64,000 bases of DNA, taken from the NCBI GenBank assembly GCA_030704615.1, contig CM060731.1:38440001-38504000 (forward strand), given 5' to 3'. This document shows positions 47,765 to 63,500 of the stretch, one piece after another (within the stretch, counting starts at the first letter, position 1; the number at the start of each line of letters is the position of its first letter). Made by a program: the position numbers and the translations under genes. Below the pieces are notes generated by a model. That model searched no databases. It was not told where the DNA came from and saw nothing but the letters and a program-made list of their open reading frames with translations. Source of the DNA: Takakia lepidozioides. Lineage: Eukaryota; Plantae; Bryophyta.

Positions 47765-49248
47765 ATGAAGGCAACAAGATCAAGGGGCTCCTGGGGATGG
47801 CGGAGAGAGGGAATGGTTTTAGGGGTGGTGTTGCTCATGGTGGCCTGTGTTGGAGAGGGAAAGGTCAATAAGCCTGTCCTGCCCAAGTCTTATGGAGGAA
47901 ACGGTAACACGCTTGTGTCTCTCGTCAATTCTTCGTGGCCTTCATCGCAAGGCGCAAACTCTATCTACACTTTCTTCGCCCCCAGCAACTCGGCAATCAA
48001 GGTTTGTTACACGCATAGAAGTCCGACTGGTGGTTGCATGTGGAGTAAGGAATTTGGTGAGCATAATGTGAATGAACCGAAGAAAGAGGGTAGAGATAAG
48101 AGGGGCTGGAGACTCGAAGATTGAATAATGTGATCACGATTGCAGGTGATTGGGGTCATCGAAGTTCCTGTATCTGACCGTCATTTCTGCTAAACCTAGA
48201 GAACGATGTCGAGGATGGAGCAAATTCCACAACACTATTCAGGAACAGAGTGGAAGGAAAAAATCTGTGATAACAAGAACTCTAAGTAGTAAAATCGAGG
48301 GGTTTTGTGTTTGAGAGATACATTATACCAGGAACCGCCTCAGGCTTACATGCTGCAACCAGCAACGACTGTAAGACGGGATTCTCCGTGCTCAGGAGAG
48401 GATATAGTACTACCATCACAGTTGTAGGACATTCATTTATGGGCGTGTGATGTTATGCCTTTCACCAGCTGAATGTCTTTACAATGTCCACCAAGCTCCG
48501 AATTTAGAGCTCTCTCCTACTTCTTGTCCAAGGCACCGTGTGGACCTTACATATATGCTCGACATCAAGCACTGAAGAATCTGGACGTCTGTGTGCTGCA
48601 GAGACGCGGCCTGTGGCCTGGACCATTCTCAGGCATATGCACCGAACTAAAGCTGTCCTTGAATAATGCATTGAAGGTGTAAAACATGACCGAGCAGGGG
48701 GTGCACTCAGAGTGCCAGTAAAATCAGCTGACGGAAATTTTAGGATAGAGGTCCCAAATAGAACGTTGAAGACCGATGGATGCTTCATGGGCAGTGATGA
48801 TTTCTCTAATTTCACAAGTGGCAGAGCTCTTTAAATAGCTCTGGAAAGTAAGGCAAGTGCTCACTGTAGCTGCTAGCATAATCAAAAGTCTCTTGTACAT
48901 GATGGCTTATGTAACCAACAAAGGGTCTAATGTATGTGACAGAAATACCCGTGCCTGTTCACGCAAGCAAGCCAGACTGTTGCCACAAGTGTACTACAAT
49001 ACCACATCATACCAGGCAAGGCGCTCACTTCAACGCAGCTCAAGACAAATGCTGCAACAGTCGACTATATGCTTATCACTGCCTACAATGGCAAGAGACT
49101 TAACGTCACGAAGGGGGGGAAAATGCTCAACGGCTATTCCAACATAAACCAACCCGACATTGGAACAAAGACAACGCAAACCATACATGGGATTAACACT
49201 TTGCTTGTTCCTCCGGGCCTAAGTGTAAAAATACTCACCTCTCCCTGA
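47765..49248 (+). CDS. Secreted single-FAS1 (fasciclin-like) protein
   Basis: Hydrophobic N-terminus, exon 1 to 48001 with H1 motif TFFAPSNSA, possible 75-nt in-frame exon 48602-48676, last exon 48943-49248 with LQYHIIP and H2 IHGINTLLVP. Start could be 47765 or 47813. Confidence 0.82.
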
Positions 49249-51527
49249 CCCTGTAACTCTTCCACTTCATGGATTCTTCCTATTCTACACTTCAACCCCC
49301 TTACCCACACTTCAACCACCCAAAGAGCTTAGGTCTATTCAGACCTACTCTCACTTGCTTAAAGTACCAGGATTTGAAAACAGAATTTCTGAGTAGAAGC
49401 TCTTAAATCCTGCTTAGTCAGATGGTACTACGAGCTATGTATACTTGAGCGGAAGTACTCTGAACATCGGAAGACTCCTAGTAGGCCTTGATCTGGGATC
49501 CACCCTGCAGTCTTTATCAAGCGTTCTTGGACCTGTCTCTCGGAAACACTTATCCTTCCAGGGCAGCCTGAGCAAATGCCTGCATATAGTACATGAATAA
49601 TTGAAGAGCAACAGTTTCCGAGGATCTTCAACTCCACTAACATCTCAATCAAAAGACCTGAATATCTCAAGGTGCCCAGGCACATGAACATAGACATATA
49701 CGAGTCCGACAGAGATGGGATTTGACTTTATTAGTTACAACTGTGATATAACACACGTAAGAAGAGCAGAGATAATGACTTCAGACTGTGGATGCATGCC
49801 TCCACAGAAAGTGACGGGAAAGGGAAGGATTTTGCAGATTGGTTGTGGACCTGCTGCTCCAAGAGTGAAGGGATCCGGCAACAAAACAAGCAACGCAGAT
49901 AGACCCTGTAATGTGACATTCAAACAAAACTCTGGCAAACAAGAGTGGCTCATTAAATCAGATGATTGATCAACTGATAATTCAAACCAAGCTCAGATTA
50001 TATCATCTTGTTTTTCGGTTGGGTGTTTCTTTTGTCTCGTTCTTGGAACTGAAGGGGGAACACTCACGATTAATGGTTAACGGCTTAGCCCTTTCTATGT
50101 TAGTGCCTCTCGGTGTGGCATCTTTTTCTCCCTCCCTCATCGGCCTCCAAGTTGGTGCATTACATTGTGTGACCGGTTCTGATTGTTGGGTTGTTATTGG
50201 GACTGGAACAGTGTCGCTACAATTGGCAAGGACCAGATATGTGGATGCTGGCATCGCAACTCTCAGTCTGATGACCATGGCTCTGTTCTTCTAGAAGCTC
50301 GCTCAGTGATGGAGAGCTTGAAGACACAGTTGGGAGAAGGCAATGCTTGTGGGACATATAGACTACTGTGATGGATATGGGAGCGAAATTGTTCAGAGGC
50401 ATGTAAGAAACAAGAACGTGAATCGTCAGTCACCGCAGCAGCAGGATGCAATGCATCAGTCCATTGCTATGTAAATTATTTGTCCAAAGGCTACATTGGA
50501 ACAAATCAATTATCGGATGGTGGGTGGTTTGGGTCTGGGCACCAGTTAAAAATTGTGTTCATTTTATTCATTTTAGTTAATAAATGATGCCCAATTGTCT
50601 CTCTCTTGAATCTGTTGAACTTCCACTCCAGGCTTGGCGCCCATGTGCTCCAAGTCTGGGATTGAATCTCTGATACAATCCCAAGGTTTCCTCTTTCAGA
50701 ACACCAAGGGGAAACTGCCACTCTTCCAATGAAGGTGTCAGGCTTTGGACACTGCCAAAGCAATGGTAGACATTCTTGGGTCAGCAGCAGATGGCTTGCG
50801 TCCACACCAGGCACAGGATGTAGTGTGCCGTTCTCTCTTTGACAAAGTCCCCCTAACCAGCAAAGGCTCAGCTCGAGAAAATTCAGCTGGGTGTTTTGGA
50901 ACTCGAAGTTGATCCGGAAAATCAGAATGAAGACGACATCTGAAGGGAATGCCACAGCCAACATTTGGAGAGCAGGATTGTTGTATGCAATTGCTGTCCC
51001 TCCCTACCCCTTGCCCCGAACCCTCCAAGAGCAAACCCACAAGTTCCACATCCAGTACCCACAAAATCGCCTCCCATTCTGTGATCTCTCGTATGATCCT
51101 GAAGGGAGCTGCCACACTACTCTCGATAGCAACTCCGAGGGTGCACACAATCATGACAAGATACCAGAAAGAAGTAAGGGCTGGACTGACTGAGGAACAT
51201 GCGGCCCTGTATTAAGAGGAGCACGGGCAGAAACCGTTTTGACTTTTTGACCCATCCACATTCAAAACAGTGGTGTAATGAAATAAAATGATATATCCTA
51301 ATTAAGTATGTACAACAGTGACACATGCTACAAATTTAACAGAGCACCTTTCTGGCAGAGTTTCTGATGTTGGTCCGAGTATTGAATATAAAGGCACAGG
51401 GGGCACCCACATTTTGTAAGCTTTACCATAGAACGTGACATTGCCACAAAGCGTGCTTAGGAAAGCCCCATTATCTGGATGTCGCATCTCATGTGACTCT
51501 GTCTGCCACAGTCTACAAATGCCTCTT

Positions 51528-54500
51528 TCAGGACTCCCAAAATTTGGTGGGGTCATCAGAATAGAGAGTGCGGTCTTGGATTTCAAGGTTGGCAATGTGC
51601 AGATCAATCATCCTTGCTTGCACACACTTGACTAGCACCAGCAGTGCTGGAAAGAGCCACCAGCTTTCTTCTTCCCTGCTCAGCAGATAGCAATGCAAAT
51701 ACCCACAGACATTAACTGGTAGCTCCTTCTAGAACCAAAAACCAGAAAATTACAGCATTTCCACCATCCAACACCCTGCCACTCTCAAACTGCTCTTTTT
51801 CGAGCGAGCGAGGCAGCAATCTCTTGCGCCGGAACATCCGAGTGACGGCCTCCTCTGCAGGTCAAAGATGGGCTTCACTTATTATTATTATTATTATTCT
51901 TTTTGGCTCTGGATTTATTTCCTCTGCTGTTTTTCCCATCCCTGTCTGTCTGCAGATCCTATGCTGAGCCACCGTAATTAGAATAACACACGGAAAGGAA
52001 AAAGCAGGACAGCGGTAGGAACCACATACGATTTAATGCGTACGACATGCAGGTGAGTGCTGTTGGGGTCCAGTCCGACCGTGTAGAGAGAGAACCCATA
52101 TACCAAGGCCACCAGCTGCAGCGGATGACAACCAATATATGAGTCAACGCACCCAAACCCAAGTGAGTAGACCCAAATCGGCTGCACATAATAACTTTTT
52201 AAACCCTGCAAAGGAGCAGCAGACCATATAATTTTATCTACCTATGTAAGAGCAGAGGTAAACTCCAGGATCACTATTGACTTGGTACAGCTGAAAGAAA
52301 AAAGTTAACTCATATCCAAGAGAACAATAAATGTTCTTTCATAGAAGGAATGAACCACCTTGAGAGAACAATGGAAAAATCTTAAGTAACAAATAACAAG
52401 AGAAAAAAGAAGATTGTAGCCTTGAATCTAAGATTGTCAAACTTAAAGGACAGGACAACCATTTCTTGGACAACAGTACCTAGTTCCCAAGACTCCCCAC
52501 TGACTTCAACAGTTCCTGCATGTGATTCTACATTGCGGAGAGGAAGCCTACTATGAGACCATCACTTACTAGTCAGAACAGTGTGACCATACATGTAAGT
52601 TGTTCAGCCCACTGCATGTGCCTCACCCCACAAAAGTTGAATCACAAGTAAGATCTCCGAAGATCCATGTTATCCAATTTTACTGTAATCAAGTACCACT
52701 ACAAAGTGCAACCGTCTCATGAGTTTTTACTTCCTTGCTTCAGTCCCCTGCAAAGTGGGCGGGGAGGGGAGAGCGGTTAGTTAGTACGTACAGCGGTCAC
52801 AATTGAGGTGACATTCCAGAGGGCATACACTCGTGCGAGTCCAGGTGCTCTGCGGGGTCCATGGCTGAAGAGGGCATTTAGACCAGCAGCACTAGGCAAA
52901 AGTGATGCCAAGGGTGGTACCAACAAAATCACCACAATAGCGTCCAAGGATATGGAGTAAAATTGCAGCAGCATGAGTAGTGTAAAGCTCAAATCCACCA
53001 GCAGTAGAAGAGATATTACGAGCCCCACTGCAGCCTGCATTATACACATAGACACACAATGGTATCCATTTGAGTAGTATATAAGCCTTATTGATGAAGG
53101 ACTAGAAGTCACTTTTGGACAGCTGCAAATCAGAGCCACAGAAATGTAGCAATCCCCCACAAACAATATCTCCTTCCTCTTATCCCACAGCCCTTTCTTT
53201 CCTTGGGCATCCCAGTAACTACTGAAGCCTACACCACCTATCCTCCATCTACATGAAATGTGCTCTGGAATGAAGGAAGCAGGCAGCTAAGGCGCACTGA
53301 CATAGTCATCCTATAGTTCTCTGGTATTTGGTGAATTTTAGGGAGAAATCATACTTGATGACCAACAGGCCTAGTATTCCTTAGGAGGAAGGATAGTGGG
53401 TAAAATATATCGCGTCTGTCCTCCAAGGACCTCAATGTAGCAGCATCCAGAATAGCTCCTCCAATCCGACGCCGCGAGGCACTTAGCTGAGGGTAGCTTC
53501 GGCTAAACTCCCATTGCTGGGGCCTGCGAAGCATTCCCTCGTTGTCGTCATATGCATAGCTCATACTGCATCCACCATTCCAGTAGAGGTTACATCTGCA
53601 CAACTGCAAATATTTCTAAACATGCCTTACTTACCAGTGAATTTCTAACATTCCTAAGAAAACAACTTCTTCACATATAATAGGTAGGGAACAGATTAGA
53701 AATTGAAGAAGTATGTAAGTGCTCACTTGAACATCAGTGTCCTCTATTAATTTGTTTTGTTGAGCATCATACCTTCCAGGAGAACCTCGAGGACTGTCCA
53801 TGTCAGGAAGCTGTATTGGCTCCGGAACCACATCAGCAGCATTCAAGACCAATCCTAGCTGGTAGTAACCTGAAGCTGTGGCTTGAAACCAGGCCAAATC
53901 CACACGCACGCCTTGGGAAGAAAGCCAAACATTGGCATGTGTACTTAGCCAACTCACTACTGGTGCCAGGGTGCTGCGGAGCGACCCACGCTGTGTCGTT
54001 CGTAGCTGCGCATTCAGTCCTGCCACCATTCTATACCACATAGTGGGTGGCATTGCCTGCAATAACCAGGGCCAAAATTTAGCTTACATGAGAGTCTCAC
54101 TGATGACCCCTGTCATACTGTTGTCACGAGGCCAATGACACTAACTGTTCTCAAGCCAAAAGTAGACATGCACCGGAAAGTGGAAACAAACTGGAGGACA
54201 ACCGGAATCTACCAGAGCAACTTTATTAGAAAAGGCTAGTACTGGCTTCCCATCACCAAAGCAAAGGCCAGTATCTGCGCACCTGGCCCAAAAGACTGGT
54301 TAATAGATTGTCACTATGAAGATTGTAGGGAGCCATGTAGCTTCCCTCCCCGCCAAAGATAATCGACATTGGCAATCTCTGCATTAACTTTGGTGGCAGG
54401 TCAGGCCGTTTCTCATCCCCTCCTAGGAACACATCAATATATGCGAGCACAAGGTCTGGTGTAGCTGCCACCTGCTCCGATCAAACCCACAACCCAAGTC

Positions 54501-57500
54501 ACGCCTCCCACATTTTGCTGTTTCTATCCTTTGTTCCTGCAGTCCTTTCCACCTTTAAAATTGGGAAATATACAATTTAACAAAGTAACAAAGTAGCAGA
54601 CACTCTCTTCCTTGATCCCTCCACTAGTTCCTCCTTGCCATAAGCTAGAAAAGAGAATGTCATATGGCGCCATCTCACACTAGCCAGGAAAACAAAAACC
54701 ACAAAGGACACCCAATATGCTCAGCTGCCAAGACAAGTCCCTTCACTGTGCTGGCCATTCTCCATATACACATACAAGCGGATACATGATAAAGATTTAA
54801 ACAATTCAACAAATCCTCACTCACCTTAAGACCTTCATAAAGTGCACGAGAGCGACATGACCGAAGACAGGCATGGTCATATTCAGAGCGAACATACTCT
54901 CGCAATCGCTGAATCTTTTTACGTCGTCGCCATTGCTGCCATGACCATGCAAACGGGTAGGCCAGCACTGACAATATGCTGTGCACTGAACCTTCCCACC
55001 ACTGGTAGGCGGTGAGACTGTTTATTTCCTCCACAAATCTATTGAACGCATCCTCATAGCTGCAGCCCACCATAGCCCACAGTCACAGCTGAACAAAAGA
55101 GTGTATGCCACCCTGGAGATGTAAAGTCGGGAGCAAACCATCTATCTCTGTACATTGTGGAAATAATTGAGCATTTAAGCGGATATAAAGCTGGTGGACC
55201 TGGTGGCATAGTCAACGAGCTTATCAAGCACGGTGGCGACCCGTGATAGAGGCCCTTGTACTTCCCTTTAATCTTATCTGGAGAAAGGAAATGATCCCTT
55301 GCGCTGGCAACAGGGGGTCATTGTCAATCTACACAAGAAAGGTGACAGAGAGGAGCCAGGTAACTATCGAGGCATCACGCTTCTCAATGCAGTTGGCAAG
55401 ATATTTTGCAGAGTTATAAGTACCCGTCTCAAGGTTGATCTGGAGTCTAGAGGTTGTTTCCATGAAGGCCAAGCTGGCTTTCGGAGAAACAGCAGTGGCT
55501 GTGTGGATCATATCTTCACCCTAAGCCAGAATATCCAGGGAAGGAAAAAGAATGGAAACCCACTTTAGTCTTTTTCTTGGATGTCAAAAGGCTAACGACA
55601 CAATGCGGAGAGATGGTCTATGGCTCCGACTCTGGTCATCTGGGAAAGATGTGGAGAGTGGTCCATAACTTGTATGCTCACACCAAAAGCTGTGTCACTG
55701 TTAATGGACAGAAGTCTAACTTCTTTGACATAGACCAAAGTGTAGCTCAAGGATGTGCCCTCTCCCTCTGCTCTTCAATGTTCTTATCAATCAACTTCTC
55801 GAGGATGTGGAAACTGAGGGATTTGGGTTAAGGGTGGGTGACGCCACCACACCAGCCTTATGTTTTGCGGATGACTTTGCAGGCATAGGGGAGACTCCAT
55901 CCAATCTTCAGGAGTTGAGCGCGAAGAAGTACTGTGGTTCATTACTTGGAACAAAAGAAGGGGGACTCGATAGACTGATTGCAGGCCCATCTTCCCCGAT
56001 GCCCTTACCTTCGTATCACAATCATCTCCTATTTGTGCACGCAACTCACCCGCTGTAGAAAGTCCGTCAACCGACATACTGGCATGTGTCCAAACGGAGT
56101 GCATATCAGCATGCTCCAAAACAGCTACTGTGGCTGTTCGGGGTGAGTTTGGCATTCCCCCTTTAAGCTCCCGACAAGATGAATTCAAGGTCCGATCAGC
56201 CGCAACGTATGACTGATATCAGATATCCCAAGTTAATCGACTCTATATCTTGGAAATAGAATCGCCCTGTCAAACAGGCTAAGTCCTGGCGGAAGAGTGT
56301 AGAAGAGATTCTCAAGGATAAGAATCTAGGTCCACAAGCCATGACCCTGCTGGATAAATCTGACCTAGAGGCTGAAGTTTCCAGAGCCATGTCTGTTACC
56401 CGGAAATTGTCTGATGAAAATGAAGTTAGGCAGAAAACTTCCCTGAACCTGTTTCCAGTCTGTGACATGGGTGAGTCCATCATGGATGAGACCTCAAGGG
56501 TTTACCCACTCTCGGCACTTGACTGAAATTCAAACTCAGGGAAGGTAGCCTACCTTTGAACAGCAAACAGACACAGAGAGGAAAGGGGATTGTAAGTCCC
56601 ATTGTGTGGGCAATCTGAAGACAATATCCATTTCATGATGCATTGTCCTGGGTACTCTCACCAGACAGACACCCTCTTTAATTCCATCAAGGGAATTGTT
56701 CCTGTACCTCTGTTTACCAAATTTGAAAATCTCGAGGCTGAGCCAAAAGCCCAGGCCCTCTTGGGATCTAGTTATTGGGCAAATCACACACAGCAAATTG
56801 ATGTTTGTGTGAAGGGATTTCTAGAGGATATCTGGAAAACTCGGATCAATTGTAATGTTTCAAGGTAAGTCATACTACCGGCATCAGGCCCTGACAGTGA
56901 TAGTTTCTGTCCCTTTGTGTTTGGCTCAAACTGGGCGCGGGGTCAATGGCCACAAGGCTACGGCAAACACTGTCATATGAGTGCATTCTGTAAATTGAAA
57001 GAGGGGAGGGTAAAAAAACTAAAACCTAACAGCTCATCTTCCACACTGGAAGAAAAACACATACCCAAAGAAATAGGAAACGAAGAAAAAAAGCGTGGCA
57101 GGAGACAGGCACTACTACACACATGGGGGATTAAACATGGCTAACAGACAAGCCCTCGTACTGCCCTCTATGAAGAAAACAAAACTTGAGCTTCCGGTAA
57201 TTTTGCAAAAGAAGGAACATAAAGTAAAATGCGTACACAAGATCAATGATCTGTTCAGGAGGAGAGTGGGGAAGATGCCAAGGCTCGCCAAATGAGTTAG
57301 AACCCATAAAAAAAAAACGATGTATGTGGCTTTGGGACTCCTCAACTCGCGTTGTTTCCAACACCTGCAGAGTACATTGTAAGCGTGAGAGACCGCAAAA
57401 CACTTCACATGTTTAATAAAGCTTGCCTTACAGTCTAAGCTATGATAATGCCAGGACATGCTCCTGGTGAACCATCCAAGTGGTCTGGTGAGCAGAAGAG

Positions 57501-60500
57501 TATGCACAGTGATGCCACCTCATAGATTGCAGACCACATAAACAGTCCTGGTCCTCTTAATTCTACATATTAGACCCATATGTAAGAGAAAATACATGTA
57601 AGTAGGAACTCTGGGATTCTGACACTCATGGAGAGAGCAAGACACACCTCATTTAAAGATTCCAGGAACGGGACAGAGTGGTCAATATGTGCACCACGGG
57701 GCGTAGGCGCAGGCCCTGAGAAGTCATCATTGCCAACCAGTTTCATTCGGGCCACACTGAGTACCAGGGCCAAGATTATCATCACGCTTGACAGCAGGAG
57801 AGTGAACAGCCAGGGACCACCAAGGGTGTATATCAAGTCCTCCAGCATGGTGTAGCAGTTGGGCATATGATACTTATCTGAGATACACTGGTATGGACAT
57901 GTGGATTCTACCGTCCCGCCTGCAATCAAACACTAACCATATGGAGTTTCATTTCTACTGAGTTTCACGACCAGTCTTTTTCGTTTTTGCACTCTGGAGT
58001 AAGAGATTTATATAACATCATATTAGAACTAGTGCCCTCAAAGTTACCTACTATCTTGTATGATGAAATCTGGCGCAGTAACATTTTTTGCAAAACCCGC
58101 AGACCAACCACACCTACATTAAATGAGAAACTTCAATTTCAGGGGCATAGCTCCTCTTGATTTTCAGAACAACATCAAACTTGTGCCAACGACTTGAGGT
58201 CTAGCCAAATTCGGGTAACATGTTCTTCATCTGGATTCTTAACAACGTCTATACTATAATCGAAAGACTACACAGTGTGAAGTGGTGGGCAAATACACTG
58301 ACTAAGTTATAACACGGGAAACTCGTACTCCAGCTGAGAAAGTTCCTCTAAAAACTGCATGTGCTATGGAATGTCACTAGTGAGAAAAGTGCAAATGTAT
58401 TTCTTCCTACATGGATCCAGCACTGTCTGTGTTGTGGAAGACGCAACATGGTTCAGCATAGCACAAAATGGAAATGCACTCAATATGCTGGTCACACGCC
58501 CCCATTGGTCTTCCAGCCAATGAAGGGGAACATGGACTGAAGGGGATAGTGTTCGAAGAGATTATTTAAATTTCTGGTCTTGCAGAACATATCGGGTGTC
58601 ACGCAATTTCATCGCCAAGGAGAGCAGAGAAAACATACGTACCACGGACATAGGTGTAGGTACCACGACGTGGCAGCTTCTCAGATGAGCATTGCTTGCA
58701 CAATTGAACATCCGAACCTGTCTCAGCCTTGTAAGTCCCAATTGGACACTCCTGCGATATGACACAGCAAAAAGTCATGGACACGACCAACTCATTCACA
58801 AGCGACTGATAACCTCTTATACAACTGTGCTACATGACCTTCCAGCTGTTCCAAACAATCCGTACCTGCACTACATTGAGAAATATTATCATAAACCACA
58901 AGTAACATACAATACTAACAAGGAATGTTATTCAAAATACTAACCTACTCATCAAATGAAACAGGAACACATGCGCAGTACAAGAATCTACAACATATCC
59001 AAAACGAAACATCACCAAAGATGACAACAGAAGTTCACCTCACAAAAGATGCCATAAAGTCCGGGTGGGCACTGCTTTCCACTGATAGTGCCTTCTTTTC
59101 CTCCAAGCCCCTTCTCACCACCTACTCCACCCCTATATCCATGACACATACCATGCAATTTATGTGCACATCTATTGGAGGATCCAAGTCATATGGAATT
59201 TAGCAATATACTCTGGGTGTCCCATGGATGCAATTTAACCAATTTCTTCAGCTTCTCTCTCTCTGCTGGGATTTAAGGGCATGATAAATTTTCATTCCGG
59301 TCTTTGAGCTCCTACACAAAACTCTAATATAGTGGTGCAATGACTACCACCCTGCCGAATTGCAGGATTACAGAAAGACAATGGAACCCTGAGAGATAAG
59401 TATGTTCACTTACTCATTATTCAACTATGTAGCTATAGGACTTTTTGTCCTATAGGCTACCTTGTATGTGTTTAAAATTTAAATGTGAGTATGAAAGGTG
59501 AAAAATCCAAACTATTGATCTATCAACCTCCAAAGGAGGTGCAAGTTTTTCAAACTTTTTGAAGAAACCCTCCACTAGATGTGTAATGCCCCACAATGTC
59601 CAGAAGTTTCTAGAATTATGAAAATTACTTGCCCCAATTGCAGCATTGCATGGGACCCACAGGAGCAGTTCAGGCGGGCTAAGGCTGCCACGTGTCCAGT
59701 CAACCGTGGATTCCCAGTCCCAAAAGGTGAGTGATCGTGGGTGGCAATTCACCCAGTCAGACATTTGGGTTCTTATTTGGTTTTTTGGGGGGAGGCTGGA
59801 TGCGAGCGAGCCCTAGAGTTTTCTTTCAGAAATCATTCCCATCCAACAGCATCTACGGATGCTGCCCAGAAAGACAGTGACCCGATTCGGGTGAGATAAA
59901 GGGTTAAACTAGGAAAGGGTTCTGTTTTGACATGTCCACTCTTCAGACAGAAAGGGCGTCTACCTTGTATGATAGAGGCCATTAACATTTGCGATGGGTA
60001 CAAACTCCTCGCCAGTAAGAATATTAGCCCAGTCAAAGTGGACCCGCCCACCTCCTCCACCCCCACCTCCAACTGGGCCACCATGGCCTCCCCCACTAGA
60101 TAGAAGTGCCCCATTCCTGAGTGTAAGCGTCTGCAGAAATAGTAAAAGGCTCCCGCCTGAGGCTCCTCCAGCACCTCCAATCTCGTCTTGAGATTGCAGG
60201 GATGTCTCATTGGAGAAGCTCTCCCCATCAGCCGCCAAAACTCCAAATATATCGAGGCTTGAAATAGGGTGCTCTGATGATCCCAATACTGAACAACGAC
60301 AACCAGAAGTCAGACTAGAAAACCATCTTTCTACAAATGGATCTGTATACTGCAGCCCAAAGACCTTGACAGACAGGAGTGTGAAAGAAGGAACAACAGG
60401 AGATTTACAATGTTAAAAAAAAGCACAAAAAAAAACAGAGAAATCAGCACTACAAGTTTGTAATTTCCGCGTGAATCTCTTGAAGTTGATATGTAGTTTC

Positions 60501-63500
60501 ATGGTTGTGGTGGTTGGTTGTTGGGTGCCCACTGCCATGACCTGTCTTTTCTTTTCCTCTATCCAATAAGATTCTAACAAAGACATTTTTAACATCCACA
60601 GGATGCCCAGAGGGCATATCAAACCCAACCACCACTCACAAAAAGTGCCTCATGGAGGAAAGTTGTTACACATGGAGGCAAAATAAGTTTATGCAGCCCT
60701 GGGAGGCTCAGAGGTCTATGGGCAATAAACTAACGAAAAGGAAGAACCACAACTGTCATAACCTCCACAAAGTCCCCACACACACACAGAGAAAGAAATT
60801 TTAGAACATCTGGGGGCCACAAAGAGCCCATGGGACAAAATGTAAGTCCACAAAGGCACAGGCCTCTGCCAAAGACTAGGAGTGTTTAAGCGTATGTGCC
60901 CGGGATTTCTTAGTCTGGGACAAGAGAAAACGGCATGGTAGTCTGTCCACCACTTCCTCACTGATTAGAAAGAACAGATTCGCAGGATGTGTTATTCCAG
61001 TGCCCCATGTCAATCCAAAGGTTCCTCAATCTTGTTTCCAACTTACGCGTTCGAAAGAAAGAGGATGAGACGGAAGGAGATGTAGGTACCTATAATGCCA
61101 CCACCAGTCGTGGAGTACCCAAGGCTGGAATTACCACTACCACTGCCCAATTCACAGGGCAGCTCACTGCTGCCATACACAGCACCCCCCTCCGACCAGA
61201 TTCCATTAAAATAACCCCGACCCCCTTTTCCTCCGTGGCCCCCTCCACCTCCAGCACCAGCATTGCCAGAACCCCCTCTCCCAAGCCCTCCTTTGCAACC
61301 TGCATATGCGAAAATAGTTGATCATAGACTCAATCAGAAGATAAGCCATCTGATGATCTTCATTGTCAACCAAACAGGGATTACATTCTCACCTAATATG
61401 CGTGTCCTTCCAACTAATATTGTTCACTGCAGAAGTTACTGTCCTCACCAATTAGACTGGCATCCACAGGTCTCTGGAAGATATGAACGGGGTTAAACAA
61501 CCAAACATGCCAACAATGAAGAGAAGAACAGTAAAAGAGGGTTCAACAGGACCCACCCAAGGCAGAAGCAGAGACGATGCCCTCAGTGCCTATGGTGATG
61601 GTTCGTGCACGCTGCATATGCACTGTACTACCAAGAACAACACCATCGATATCGATATCTTCCACTCGGCAAATCTGCATAGCTCCAACCTTCTTTTTTA
61701 CTATGACCACACAGTAACACTTTAAAAACTATCAGAACTATCCCAAAAAGGAGGCAGACGTCTACCATCTTTCCTGCAATCTTTCCACAACAGGTGGCCA
61801 AATGCTAACCCACCTGGAGGGTAAATGTTGAGGAGATATTCAATGTGCAGTCCTCCGAGGGGGTAAGCACCTCATCAGGACAAGTGGCACCCTCACAGTA
61901 CCATTTTTTTATCCTGGACATGTGACAACCAACTTGAACATGTCATCATAAATCTGACCATACTCCCACCAACAAACTTTAGAAACCCATCAGAGAGCCC
62001 GAATTTGCTATCATTTGGTCCTCAAAACGAATGATTGTTATCCACTGGGTTTTCAAATGTCTATCCTGATTACTGAAAATAATGGATGCCCCATGCCTCA
62101 GATCTTGATAGCAACTCTACCTATTCCTCCCAGTCTTATCCTGTTCTTGACAGTCCACAGGTTAAGTTTGACACACGTACATGATTGAAATAAGCCAAAA
62201 CTCATTTATTCCAGTGGAAACTGCTCTACGTCCGAAGCAAAGGACTGCCAAATGGCACTTACGCCTCTTTGATGGGAGATGCCGCCTCCAGTGGCGCCTG
62301 CAAAACTGCGCCTGGCCCTACCTGTACCACCCCCTTCCCCTCAGACATCCCTGCATTTCAGGCAAAGCCAGCCTGGCACTACGCAACATAGAGCAAACAC
62401 TTCAAGGAACAACAAACAGAAAGACAACATGAAGCCAACAGGGACCCTCCCACATTCAATGCCACCCAATTTGAGTGGTTCTCTTACTGGGTCCCCTTAC
62501 CAGCCTCCCAAGCAGGAATAAACTTTTCCTCATCTTCTTCTCTTAGGGTTCTATAAGTAGTTGTGCCATGGGCCTCCAGCACATACACTCACATCAAGGG
62601 ATTCTGGTTATCCAACTTCCTTACCACAGAAGTTCCTGATCCATATGCAACAAGGAAGCCATCCTAATTTACTCACATTAACATTGTAGAACAGTGAGAT
62701 AAAAAGACGTTGTGCTTTGATACAGTCTCCACGACCCGATAGCTTCAATAGGCCCTGCCCGTGCATGCCCAAATTTGCATTTGACTGGATCAACGACCCT
62801 TCCTGATACAGCCACCCCACATCACCCTTCACTTTCACATACAGCAGCTGTTCAAGGTCTTTTGGCATTTTACTCAGTTAGGCCCTGTTAGTATGAGGTA
62901 TTTCACACACAACATGAAATTGGGTGGATGTCGCAAATAGACCTGCCTATCTGGCCCCAAATTACAGTTTCACTTTGCCAGCTTCTTCAACAAATAACCA
63001 CTCTCTGTCTCACAGTGGTCCATGATACACACAACAACAAATTTCCTGGCCTCACAATGTGGGTTGGCACAAGCGATTCCAGCAGCAATCTTTGCTAGAG
63101 AACAACCATACACGAAGAGCTTAAACCATGGTCGGGTTGGGGAGTCACACACCCTCAACACCACCAGATTGCTCGTCTCAATAGAGGATGTAGCCACCAT
63201 GAAGTCATCTGGATTTCCTTCTATTTGAATCACAGAGTTCCACATCAGCAGCATCTTTACCGTGAGCTTTAAAGCCCCGTATACCTGTGCACCCACAGCC
63301 AGGTGACCTTCAACTCTCTCTCTTTGTTCTTTCACACACAACATGTCTGGTTGAAGCTGCTTCCCAAGTATATTTATCTAACAACACCCAATCACTACCC
63401 CACTCAACACTACCAAGTTTAGTACCATGAAAACAGATATGAGTTCACAGTATTGATAAATAGACCTGCAGCGTGCCGCCTGTCCACAAAAGCCTAACAA

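Noticed and set aside
50280-51200. Possible decayed gene between the fasciclin and the large membrane gene
   Set aside because: No recognisable motif or consistent exon chain.
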